Shown here piece by piece: positions 41,284 to 50,161 of a DNA stretch of 64,000 nt. The position numbers and the translations under genes are program-made. The stretch covers positions 64,001-128,000 of the forward strand of contig CAVSNY010000006.1 in the NCBI GenBank assembly GCA_963729605.1, read 5' to 3'. Positions within the stretch are counted from its first letter, which is position 1; each line of letters begins with the position of its first letter. Below the pieces are notes generated by a model. That model saw only the letters and a program-made list of their open reading frames with translations. It had not been told where the DNA came from and did not search any database. This stretch comes from an uncultured Gammaproteobacteria bacterium (GTDB lineage: Bacteria; Pseudomonadota; Gammaproteobacteria; DRLM01).

Positions 41284-43512
41284 TCAACCGCGCCCCATCA
41301 AGCCCTGCACGCGCGCCGTCATGGCCTCGGCGGTGATGCCGTTGAAGGCCATGATCTCGCCGGGCGAGGCCGTGGTCTCGCCGCGCTGCCAGCACACCAC
41401 GTCGCGGCGCGGCGCGCGCGTGCGCAGCAACACCGGTTCGAGCGAGGCGCTGGGGCCGCCGCTCACCGCGAGCAACGCATCGCCGTCGAATAGCGCGTTG
41501 AACTGATCGTCATCCATGAATTCATTATCGGGTTCGGACACGGTGTTCCACGCGACGTCGGTGGGACGATACAGACGGCGCGGATTCACCACCGCGACGA
41601 TGCGCACGCGATAGCCGGCCTGCTCCAATTGCACCTTGGCCTCGAACACCGGCAGCAGCACCATGTCGCCGGTCACCGCGAGCACCACGCTGCCGCGCGT
41701 GCCGCTGGTGCTTTCGTACAACATGATCGCGCCGCGCTCGACGGCCTGCTCGCCCTGCGCCAGCGTGGTGTAGACCGGCAGCGGACTCTTCGAGGCGATG
41801 ATCACCACGCCTTTGTTGTAGCTGTTGGTGCCCCATTCGAACGCGGCCTGGATCATATTGGCGTCGACCGGGAACAGCGGATAGACGTTGCCGTTGCGCA
41901 TCATGGCCGCGAAATAGTTTTCGATCTCGGGGCGCTGATGGGTCCAGCCGTTGCGGCCCTGCTCGAGCGCGCCGGCCGTGAACATGCAGACGATGGACGG
42001 CGTCCGGCGGCGCAGCTCGGCCATGGCCTGGGTCACCGTTTGAATGATGGGCCAGCCGTTGATCGCGAAGCTCTCGTACGACAGCCACAGCGCCCGCGAG
42101 CCGAACAGCGCGAGGCCGGCGGCGAGACCCGCGCAGGCATCCTCGTTGAGCGGCTCGTAGACCTGGCCCGCGGCGCTCTGATTGTAGAGCTCGTCATTGG
42201 TCGGGTGGCGGATCTTGAGCGCGTCGTTGATGTTCTTCATGCCCGAGGCCTCGTTGCCGTCGGCGTTGGTGACGACGTAGCGCGGATCGCGCCGGCCCAC
42301 CTCGGCCACCAGCGCGCCCATCGCGGTGGATGGCACGGCCTTGTCGCCGAGCGCGTATTCGAGCGCGGGCAGCGTGCCGAGCGGTGCGATGTCGAGCATG
42401 TGTTCAGTCACCGAGGTCTTCACCGCGGGGCCGCCGCCCGCGCGGCGGAAGTTGTCGCGCACGATACTCCACGCTTGCGGCGGCAGGGCGCGGCGTTGCA
42501 GGCCGTCGATGATGTGCTGCTTGTCGAGCGTGTCGGCCGGATAGAGGTTGTGCGACTTCGCGCCCAGCGCATGCACACCCGCGCCTTTGAGCTGCTTGAT
42601 GATGAAGCAGGTCAGCGTGCCGCCGAGCGCCGACTTCGCCGCGCGGTCCATGCCGCGCAGCACCGCGGCCGTGAAGGCCAGACGCTGCGGCAGCGAGAAG
42701 CGCGTGCTGTCGACGTACGCGCCCTGCTGGCCGCTGTCGTCGTAGGTCTTGGCATCGACCAGAATCACTTCTTTGAAACCGTGGCCGCGCCAGTAGGCGA
42801 TCATCTCGTCGTCGCTCATGGTCGAGACCATGGAGTGATGTTCCTGGCTGTAGCCGTTCCAGATCAAGGTCGGCAGGAAATTGGTGGCGCGCGGATACGC
42901 GGTGTTGAAGTGCATCATCGCCGACAAAATATAGGGCTCGCCCATGCCGCCGTCGCCGAGCGTGAACGGGAATAACGTGCCCGGGTGCAACAGCGCGCCG
43001 GCCATCGCGAAGTGCTGGCCCTGGCCGAGCGGCCCCGCGGGCGCGAGGATGCCGGGGATCGCGCCCGACAGATGGCCGAGCAGGCCGTGTTTCTCGCGGA
43101 AGCGGTCGCGGAGCTGTTGCACGGTCTTGATGCCCATCGCCTCCAGCGAGGTGTCGAGGAACATGGCGCTGTAGAAACCCGGCGCGTGATGACCGACCTC
43201 GGTGACGATGTTGGTGTGGCCCAGCATCACCAGCGCGGCATAGGCCTCGGCGCTGCTCGCGAAGCCGCCCGGGTGGCCCGAGGCCTTCGCGCCACAGACT
43301 TGCAGCGTGAGATAGCGCAGGGCGTCGGCGCCGAGCAGGGTCTGATAAATCGCGCGCGGGTCGGCGGTGTCGGCGATCGCGGTCGCACCCTCGCCGATCA
43401 CGGCGCCGTCGGCGTGCCGGCCATGGTCCGGCCAGGGCTCGCCGAAATACTGGATACCCGCGCAAAAATCGGGCGCGGCGGTGGCAAGAATCTCGGTAGT
43501 GGCGCGGCTCAT
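41284..43512 (-). CDS. ThDP-dependent phosphoketolase/transketolase-like enzyme (742 aa)
   Basis: SGHPGG, GHHAPG, GPLGQG, ThDP motif GDGG..E...WN, EPLNE, SYESFA, EQGRNGWTHQ; start MSRATT with SD AGGAG. Confidence 0.85.
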   Translation of the reverse strand: MSRATTEILATAAPDFCAGIQYFGEPWPDHGRHADGAVIGEGATAIADTADPRAIYQTLLGADALRYLTLQVCGAKASGHPGGFASSAEAYAALVMLGHTNIVTEVGHHAPGFYSAMFLDTSLEAMGIKTVQQLRDRFREKHGLLGHLSGAIPGILAPAGPLGQGQHFAMAGALLHPGTLFPFTLGDGGMGEPYILSAMMHFNTAYPRATNFLPTLIWNGYSQEHHSMVSTMSDDEMIAYWRGHGFKEVILVDAKTYDDSGQQGAYVDSTRFSLPQRLAFTAAVLRGMDRAAKSALGGTLTCFIIKQLKGAGVHALGAKSHNLYPADTLDKQHIIDGLQRRALPPQAWSIVRDNFRRAGGGPAVKTSVTEHMLDIAPLGTLPALEYALGDKAVPSTAMGALVAEVGRRDPRYVVTNADGNEASGMKNINDALKIRHPTNDELYNQSAAGQVYEPLNEDACAGLAAGLALFGSRALWLSYESFAINGWPIIQTVTQAMAELRRRTPSIVCMFTAGALEQGRNGWTHQRPEIENYFAAMMRNGNVYPLFPVDANMIQAAFEWGTNSYNKGVVIIASKSPLPVYTTLAQGEQAVERGAIMLYESTSGTRGSVVLAVTGDMVLLPVFEAKVQLEQAGYRVRIVAVVNPRRLYRPTDVAWNTVSEPDNEFMDDDQFNALFDGDALLAVSGGPSASLEPVLLRTRAPRRDVVCWQRGETTASPGEIMAFNGITAEAMTARVQGLMGRG

Positions 43513-43598
43513 GACTGCATCTCCTGGAAAATCGATCTCACCCCAGGGTGGGGATGGACACACCATACCCGGCGGCCGCAAATCCCACAATACAGAAT

Positions 43599-43619
43599 AT
43601 TTTTCATAATATGAAAAAT
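43599..43619. promoter_or_regulatory. IclR-type operator palindrome
   Basis: Perfect ATTTTTCATA-A-TATGAAAAAT between the divergent ThDP-enzyme and iclR genes; weaker similar site at about 43582-43598. Confidence 0.75.
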
Positions 43620-43636
43620 GCTTTATGCTAGACCCC

Positions 43637-44395
43637 ATGAAAGACCAAACCCCCTCGGGCATCCAAGTCATAGACCGCGCCGCTCGCCTGCTGGCGGCCA
43701 TCGCCGCCGCCGGCGGGCCGGTCTCCCTCAAGTATCTGTCGGCGGACACCGGCCTGCACCCCTCCACCACCTTCCGGATCCTGGCGGCCTTGCAGCAACA
43801 CGAACTGGTGGAAAAAGGCCCCGACGGCAATTACACCCTGGGCCGCGGCCTCGCCCGCCTCGCGCAACGGCTGCCCGCCCGCCCCGACCTGCGGGAATTG
43901 GCCAAACCCATCATGAATGAACTGCGTGACCGCACCGGAGAAACCGTCAATCTCACCGTGCGCGAAGGCGACGAAGTGGTGTATGTGGAACGCGTGTTGC
44001 CCAATCGCATGATGCGGGTCGAGCAGGTCATCGGCAGCCGCGCGCCGTTGCACGTCACCGCCGTGGGCAAACTCCTGCTCGGCGAAGACAGCGAAGAGGC
44101 CTGCCGCGATTACGCCCGCCGCACCGGCCTGCCGAAATACACCGCCAACACCCTGGTCAGCCAAAAGAGCCTGCTGGCCGACATCAAACAGTGCGTCGCC
44201 CGCGGTTATGCCCGGGATAACGAAGAGGCGGAGCTCGGCGTGGGCTGCGTCGGCGTGCTGGTACGCGACACCCGGGGCGAGGCGGTCGCCGGCTTATCCA
44301 TTTCCGCGCCGCGGGAGCGTTTAAAAGAGGATTGGATCCCTTTGCTGCAAACCGCCGGCAGGCGCTTGTCCCGTCATCTGGGTTATTCGGATTGA
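43637..44395 (+). CDS. IclR family transcriptional regulator
   Basis: IQVIDRAARLL, GLHPSTTFRIL HTH, TGETVNL, G.RAPLH.TAVGK, GYA.DNEE.E.GV.C. Confidence 0.95.
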   Translation: MKDQTPSGIQVIDRAARLLAAIAAAGGPVSLKYLSADTGLHPSTTFRILAALQQHELVEKGPDGNYTLGRGLARLAQRLPARPDLRELAKPIMNELRDRTGETVNLTVREGDEVVYVERVLPNRMMRVEQVIGSRAPLHVTAVGKLLLGEDSEEACRDYARRTGLPKYTANTLVSQKSLLADIKQCVARGYARDNEEAELGVGCVGVLVRDTRGEAVAGLSISAPRERLKEDWIPLLQTAGRRLSRHLGYSD

Positions 44396-44564
44396 ACCAT
44401 CGGCCGCGGGCTTATACGATTCAGGCAGACCGTTAGAATTAATTCGTCTAAAATTTCCCGTTAACGCCACGAGATTTTTATTATAATTTCGAGTCATAGA
44501 ATCGTGAACGGCGCTTATCGCCGCGGCCACAACCCTATTGGACTCAACCTGGAATCAACGCACC

Positions 44565-45266
44565 ATGGCGCACAACCTGCAGTCAGTATCCACCCCCCCG
44601 GTTCCCGGCACCGTGGACATCCAGGCCCTCAACGAAAAATACGCACCACTCAGCTTCGAAGCGCGGATTCGCGCCCTCTATCAGGATTTTGATCCCGCCC
44701 AGGTGATGGTGACCTCGTCCTTCGCCGCCACCTCGGCCTATTTTCTACACATCATCTCGCGCATCCGTCCGGAGCAAACCATCTTTTTCATCAACACCGG
44801 TTATCACTTCCCGGAAACCTTGACTTATAAAGACGCGTTGATCCGGCAATACCATCTCAAGGTCACGGACGTAACGCCGGAGGAGTGGAAACACGAATTC
44901 ACCGCCAAGGAAAAAACCTATGCGACCGATCCTGATTTCTGCTGCTCGATAAACAAGGTCGAACCGCTGGAAGAGGTGAAAAAGAATTTCAAGGTCTGGG
45001 TCTCCAGCCTGATGCGCTGGCAAACCGAACACCGCGCCGGTCTCAATGTGTTCGAGGAGCGCGGCGGCATCATCAAGTTTTACCCCATGATCGACGTCAG
45101 CAAAGCGGAGCGCGACACCTACATCAGCGAACACGACCTGCCCCTCCACCCGCTGGTGGCCCACGGCTATTCCTCCATCGGTTGCTCCCACTGCACTAAG
45201 CCGGGCGACGACCGCGGCGGGCGCTGGGTGGATACCCCCAAAACCGAATGCGGCCTCCATCTGTAA
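44565..45266 (+). CDS. cysH: APS/PAPS reductase, Fe-S (APS) type
   Basis: TSSF, NTGYHFPET, CC..NKVEPL, GY.SIGCSHCT, GRW, KTECGLH. Confidence 0.88.
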   Translation: MAHNLQSVSTPPVPGTVDIQALNEKYAPLSFEARIRALYQDFDPAQVMVTSSFAATSAYFLHIISRIRPEQTIFFINTGYHFPETLTYKDALIRQYHLKVTDVTPEEWKHEFTAKEKTYATDPDFCCSINKVEPLEEVKKNFKVWVSSLMRWQTEHRAGLNVFEERGGIIKFYPMIDVSKAERDTYISEHDLPLHPLVAHGYSSIGCSHCTKPGDDRGGRWVDTPKTECGLHL

Positions 45267-45416
45267 GTTCGTCGCGCCGGACACACCGCGCCTCAGCGGC
45301 GCAAAGGGCCTGACCGTCAAGGCTTGACCACGGTGTGCATCGCGTTTCACTGTCGTCACCTCCCTGGCAGGAGGTGCAAACAGCCGAGAAACGTCGTCTT
45401 GATAAGCCCGTGATGA

Positions 45417-46313
45417 GTGACGTATGCTGAACTCCGCAATCCACCAAGCCGGTTGTTCACCTTGCCTGTTCAGTACCGCGTTTCTATCGTTGCCTTCGCT
45501 CTGTTCCTGACCGCCTGTTCCGGAATGGTGACTCAGCGCCTCGGCGCCAGTCTGGGCAACGCGATCGTCAATCAAGACGACCCCGCCACGGTGCGCGACG
45601 GTGCGCCTGCTTATCTGCTGCTGGTGGATGGACTGATCGCCGACCGGCCCGATGACCGCGGCTTATTGATCTCCGCCGCGCAACTCTATAGTTCCTACGC
45701 CATGGTGTTTGTCGAAGACCCGGCGCGGGCGCAGGTCATGACCGCTAAAGCGCGAGCTTATGCGCGGCGCGCCTTCTGCGCCGATCAGCCGCGGCTTTGC
45801 GAATTGGACGGCGGCCCGCAGCCGCCCTTCGCCGCCGGCCTCCAGAACGTCACGTCATCACGGCTGCCGGCCTTGTACGCCTACGCCACCAGTTGGGCGG
45901 CCTGGATCAAGGCGCGCGGCGGCGAACCGCTGGCCTTGGCCGATGTACCGAAAGTCGAGGCGATGCTGGCGCGGGTGGTCGAGCTGGACGAAAGTTATGC
46001 GCGCGGTGAGGCGCAACTCTATTTGGGCATTTTGCGCAGCCAGATTCCGCCGGCCCTGGGCGGACGTCCCGAGATCGGACAGCGGCATTTCGAAAAGGCC
46101 ATCGCCATTTCCGAAGGACGCAATCTATTCGCCAAGCTGGAATACGCGCGCCATTACGCGCGGCTGGTCTTCGACCGAGCACTGCACGACCGCCTGCTGA
46201 ACGAAATCTTGACCGCCGATCCCACCGCCCCCGGCTACACCCTCGGCAACGTGCTGGCGCAACAACAGGCACGAATACTGCTGGAAGGCTCCGCCGATTA
46301 TTTTGAGGAATAA
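45417..46313 (+). CDS. TatT-like TPR lipoprotein of a TPAT transporter
   Basis: Lipobox LTAC; DDP.TV.DG.PAYL, YAM.FV, PP.LGG.PE....HFE.AI, F DR.LHDRLL; upstream of dctPQM. Confidence 0.85.
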   Translation: MTYAELRNPPSRLFTLPVQYRVSIVAFALFLTACSGMVTQRLGASLGNAIVNQDDPATVRDGAPAYLLLVDGLIADRPDDRGLLISAAQLYSSYAMVFVEDPARAQVMTAKARAYARRAFCADQPRLCELDGGPQPPFAAGLQNVTSSRLPALYAYATSWAAWIKARGGEPLALADVPKVEAMLARVVELDESYARGEAQLYLGILRSQIPPALGGRPEIGQRHFEKAIAISEGRNLFAKLEYARHYARLVFDRALHDRLLNEILTADPTAPGYTLGNVLAQQQARILLEGSADYFEE

Positions 46314-46316
46314 GTC

Positions 46317-47321
46317 ATGTTGAAAGGGATTTTCGCCGCCGCGTTGTGCCTGCTTTTCCTCAGTCAACCCAGCGGGGCGGCGACCACATTAAAAATCGCC
46401 ACCATCGCCCCCGACGGCACCAGCTGGATGCAGGCGCTGCGCAAAGGCGGGGACGACATCGCCAAACGCACCGAGGGCCGGGTGAAATTGCGTTTTTTCC
46501 CCGGCGGGGTGATGGGCAACGATAAAAGCGTATTGCGCAAAATCCGTCTCGGCCAATTACACGGCGGCGTGCTGGTGAGCGGCGGCCTCACCGAGGTCTA
46601 CCCCGATATCGCGCTGTACAATATTCCCTTCCTCTTCCGCTCCTATCAAGAAGTCGATTACGTGCGCGAACGCATGGACCCCTTGTTGTTACAGGGCCTG
46701 GCGGAGCGCGGCTTCGTCAGCTTCGGCTTCAGCGAGGGCGGCTTCGCTTATTTGATGTCCAATCAAGCGGTGCGCAGCCTCGACGATTTGAAAAGCAAAA
46801 AGGTCTGGGTGCCCGATGACGACCGCATCAGCCGTATCGCGATTGAATCGCTCGGCGTCACGCCCATCCCCTTGCCGCTCACCGATGTCCTGCCCAGCTT
46901 GCAGACCGGACTCATCGATACCATCGCCGGTTCGGCGATCGGCGTGGTCGCGCTGCAATGGCAGCCGCAGGTGAAGTACCTGGTGGATGAACCGCTGGTG
47001 TATCTCTACGCCACCATGGCGGTCGACCGCAAGGCCTTCGAGCGCGTCAGTGCCGCCGATCAAGCCATCGTGCGCGAAGTCATGAGCGGCGTGTTCCGTA
47101 AACTCGATCAACAAAACCGCAGCGACGACGCGGCCGCCCATCGAGCCTTGAAGACGCAGGGCATAAAATACGTGGCGCCCACGGCGGAGTCTCTGCAAAA
47201 CGAGGCGAAGATCCGCGCCGAAGTGGAACAGCGCCTGCTGCAACAACGCATTCTCTCGCCGGAACTGATGGAGAGTTTGAAGACCCATCTCAATAAACAG
47301 CGGCAGACGGCCGCACCCTGA
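46317..47321 (+). CDS. dctP: TRAP substrate-binding protein
   Basis: LKIATIAPDGTSW, FPGGVMG, LRKIR.GQL, LQTGLID. Confidence 0.92.
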   Translation: MLKGIFAAALCLLFLSQPSGAATTLKIATIAPDGTSWMQALRKGGDDIAKRTEGRVKLRFFPGGVMGNDKSVLRKIRLGQLHGGVLVSGGLTEVYPDIALYNIPFLFRSYQEVDYVRERMDPLLLQGLAERGFVSFGFSEGGFAYLMSNQAVRSLDDLKSKKVWVPDDDRISRIAIESLGVTPIPLPLTDVLPSLQTGLIDTIAGSAIGVVALQWQPQVKYLVDEPLVYLYATMAVDRKAFERVSAADQAIVREVMSGVFRKLDQQNRSDDAAAHRALKTQGIKYVAPTAESLQNEAKIRAEVEQRLLQQRILSPELMESLKTHLNKQRQTAAP

Positions 47322-47340
47322 AGCGGCGCCGCTAACGGCC

Positions 47341-47856
47341 ATGCCCAACACCCGTTCCCCCAGCAGTTGGTTGCAGCACGGTAAAAAAATCATCGCCCGT
47401 ATCGAAGACGGCGTGCTGGTTCTTTTGTTGACGGTGATGATAGGCACCGCCACCGCGCAGATCGTGCTGCGTAATGTCTGGGACAGCGGCCTGATATGGA
47501 GCGACCCGCTCACCAAGGTGCTGGTGTTGTGGATCGGCCTGGTGGGGGCGATGGTCGCCAGCCGCCAGAACAACCATATTCATATCGACGTGTTGTCGCG
47601 TTTCCTGCCGGCCCGCGCCAAGGCGGCGAGTGAAGCGCTCAATTCGCTGTTCGCCGCCGCGGTCTGCGGCGTGCTCGCTTATCACGCCGGGCGTCTGGTG
47701 CTGCTCGACAAAGAAGCGGCGACCGTCGCCTTCGGCACCGTGCCGACCTGGGTCTGCGAATTGATCATCCCCTTCGGTTTCGGCGTCATCGGTTTGCGTT
47801 ACGCCGTGCTGGCGCTGAGCGACGCCGTCAGTTTGATGACCGCGAAAAAATCATGA
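47341..47856 (+). CDS. dctQ: TRAP small permease
   Basis: Four TM helices, QIVLRN, LW...GA..A....HI.ID. Confidence 0.9.
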   Translation: MPNTRSPSSWLQHGKKIIARIEDGVLVLLLTVMIGTATAQIVLRNVWDSGLIWSDPLTKVLVLWIGLVGAMVASRQNNHIHIDVLSRFLPARAKAASEALNSLFAAAVCGVLAYHAGRLVLLDKEAATVAFGTVPTWVCELIIPFGFGVIGLRYAVLALSDAVSLMTAKKS

Positions 47857-49133
47857 TCGTCGCCGCCGCCCTGCTCCTCGTCCTGCTCGCCCTGCTCGGC
47901 GCGCCGCTGTTCGCGGTGATCGCCGGCGGCGCGCTGTTGGCGTTTTATCAAGCCGACACCGATCTCGCGGTGATCGCCGCGGAATTCTACCGGCTCGCCG
48001 AAATGCCCATGCTGGTCGCCATTCCGCTCTTCACCTTCGCCGGCTATTTGTTGAGCGAAAGCCAGGCGCCGGCGCGCCTGGTGAAACTGAGCCAGGCTTT
48101 GCTGGGCTGGCTGCCCGGCGGCCTCGCCGTGGTGGCCCTCGTCACCTGCGCGTTTTTCACCGCCTTCACCGGCGCCTCGGGCGTGACCATCGTCGCCCTC
48201 GGCGCCTTGCTGTTTCCGGCGCTGGTGCAGGCCGGCTATCCGGAGCGTTTCAGTCTCGGCCTGATCACCACGTCGGGCAGCCTCGGCATGTTGTTCGCGC
48301 CCGCCGTGCCCTTGATCCTCTACGCGGTAATCGCGCAGCAACTCAACGTCGGCCGCAGTTTTACCATCGACGAGATGTTCATCGCCGGACTGTTGCCGGG
48401 CCTGCTCATGCTGAGCCTGCTCGCCGCCTGGAGCCTGTGGGTCAACCGCCATCTGCCGCGCCATCCCGTATCTTGGCGCGAGGCGGGCGCCGCGCTTTAC
48501 GCCGCGCGTTGGGAACTGCCGCTGCCGTTGATCGTCTTGGGCGGTATCTATAGCGGTTATTTCGCGGTATCGGAAGCGGCGGCGGTCACCGCCCTCTATG
48601 TATTGATCGTGGAAGTGCTGGTCTATCGCGAGATCCCGCTCCGGAAACTGCCGCGCATCATGCGCGACGCCATGGTGCTGGTCGGCGCGTTGCTGATCAT
48701 TCTCGGCGTCTCGCTGGCCCTCACCAATTATTTCATCGACGCCGATATTCCGGCGCGGATCTTCGCCACGGTCAAACACTATGTGAGCGATCCGTTGACC
48801 TTTCTGCTGCTGCTGAATCTGCTGCTGCTGTGTCTGGGTATCTTGCACGACATCTCGGCGCTGGTGATCGTCGTGCCGTTATTATTGCCGGTGGCCGTCG
48901 CCTACGGCATCGATCCCGTCCACTTCGGCATCATCTTCATCGCCAATATGCAGATCGGTTATTTTTTCCCGCCGCTGGGCCTCAATCTCTTCATCGCCAG
49001 TTACCGCTTTAAAAAACCGGTGATGGAACTGGTCCGCGCCACCTTGCCGTTTCTGATCATCCTGCTCGGCAGCATATTCATCATCACCTATTGGCCCGCC
49101 TTGTCGCTGGCACTGACGAGCAAGGGATCTTGA
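47853..49133 (+). CDS. dctM: TRAP large permease
   Basis: AIPLFTFAG, GASG, GIDP.HFG, PP.G.NLF; ATGA overlap with dctQ. Confidence 0.93.
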   Translation: MIVAAALLLVLLALLGAPLFAVIAGGALLAFYQADTDLAVIAAEFYRLAEMPMLVAIPLFTFAGYLLSESQAPARLVKLSQALLGWLPGGLAVVALVTCAFFTAFTGASGVTIVALGALLFPALVQAGYPERFSLGLITTSGSLGMLFAPAVPLILYAVIAQQLNVGRSFTIDEMFIAGLLPGLLMLSLLAAWSLWVNRHLPRHPVSWREAGAALYAARWELPLPLIVLGGIYSGYFAVSEAAAVTALYVLIVEVLVYREIPLRKLPRIMRDAMVLVGALLIILGVSLALTNYFIDADIPARIFATVKHYVSDPLTFLLLLNLLLLCLGILHDISALVIVVPLLLPVAVAYGIDPVHFGIIFIANMQIGYFFPPLGLNLFIASYRFKKPVMELVRATLPFLIILLGSIFIITYWPALSLALTSKGS

Positions 49134-49216
49134 TCGATCTCTATCGATCTCTTTATCCCCTCGGGCGCGACGATGGAGGCAAGTGGAGAGAATGAACGAT
49201 CCGCCGGCGCGTTGCT

Positions 49217-49252
49217 CCCTCTCCCTGACCCTCTCCCGCCGGGGAGAGGGGA
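49217..49252. repeat. BoxC-like palindromic repeat
   Basis: CCCTCTCCCTGACCCTCTCCCGCCGGGGAGAGGGGA between the convergent dctM and nasD genes. Confidence 0.7.
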
Positions 49253-49295
49253 CGTGTTTAACAAAACCGGCATTGACGAAACCCGCTCATGACCA

Positions 49296-50090
49296 TCACG
49301 CCGCCTCTTCCGGCCGGCGCTGGCGCTGATAAAGAAACTTGAGCACGGCGGCGCGATGCTGGTTGTAGGCGGCGTCATCGGCCAGATCCACCCGTTTACG
49401 CGGCCGCGGCAACTTGACGTCGACGATTTCACCGATGGTGGCGGCCGGGCCGTTGGTCATCATGATGATGCGATCGGAAAGCAACACCGCCTCGTCCACG
49501 TCATGCGTCACCATCAGCACGGTGTTCTTGAGGCGGGCATGAATTTCCATCACCGAGTCCTGCAAGCTGGCGCGGGTCAGGGCGTCGAGCGCGCCGAAGG
49601 GTTCGTCCATCAGCAGCAGCTTGGGTTCCATGGCCAGGGCGCGGGCGATGCCTACCCGCTGTTTCATGCCGCCGGATATCTCGGTGGGGCGTTTGTTCAA
49701 AGCATGTTCCATATGCACCAGCGCCAAGTTCTCGCGCGTCCATTCATCGCGTTGCTGTTTGGTCTTGGTGGCGCCGAATACCTTGTCCACGCCCAGCCGC
49801 ACGTTCTCATACACCGTCAGCCAGGGCAGCAACGAATGATTTTGAAACACCATCGCCCGTTCCGGACCGGGTCCGGCGATTTCCCTGCCGGCGCACAACA
49901 TGGCGCCGCTGCTCGGCAAAATCAGCCCCGCGACCAGATTGAGCAGCGTGGATTTACCGCAGCCCGAGTGACCGATGATGGAGACGAATTCCCCCTGTTC
50001 GACCGACAGGTTGATGTCGCGCAGGGCATGGAAGCGGCCGCGCTTGGTGTCGAAGATCATCTCCACCTTTTCCAGTTGCAGATATTTCAC
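49296..50090 (-). CDS. nasD: nitrate/nitrite ABC transporter ATPase (NrtD-like)
   Basis: GHSGCGKS, VFQNHSLLPW, ISGGMKQRVGIARAL, DEPFGALD. Confidence 0.9.
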   Translation of the reverse strand: MKYLQLEKVEMIFDTKRGRFHALRDINLSVEQGEFVSIIGHSGCGKSTLLNLVAGLILPSSGAMLCAGREIAGPGPERAMVFQNHSLLPWLTVYENVRLGVDKVFGATKTKQQRDEWTRENLALVHMEHALNKRPTEISGGMKQRVGIARALAMEPKLLLMDEPFGALDALTRASLQDSVMEIHARLKNTVLMVTHDVDEAVLLSDRIIMMTNGPAATIGEIVDVKLPRPRKRVDLADDAAYNQHRAAVLKFLYQRQRRPEEAA

Positions 50091-50161
50091 GGTGATGCAC
50101 CTCTAGTTAAGTTGTCAAAGCGGACCGGGCGCGTGATCGCGCGCGTCGGTCCCCTGCTCGA

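Noticed and set aside
38011-42975. Long plus-strand ORFs (592, 497 and 448 aa) opposite glcD, the kinase and the ThDP enzyme
   Set aside because: These are antisense shadow frames typical of high-GC genes, with no motifs. The same applies to most other overlapping ORFs in the track.
43513-43830. N-terminal extension of the ThDP enzyme (848-aa ORF)
   Set aside because: It runs through the operator and antisense to iclR; a good SD precedes ATG 43512.
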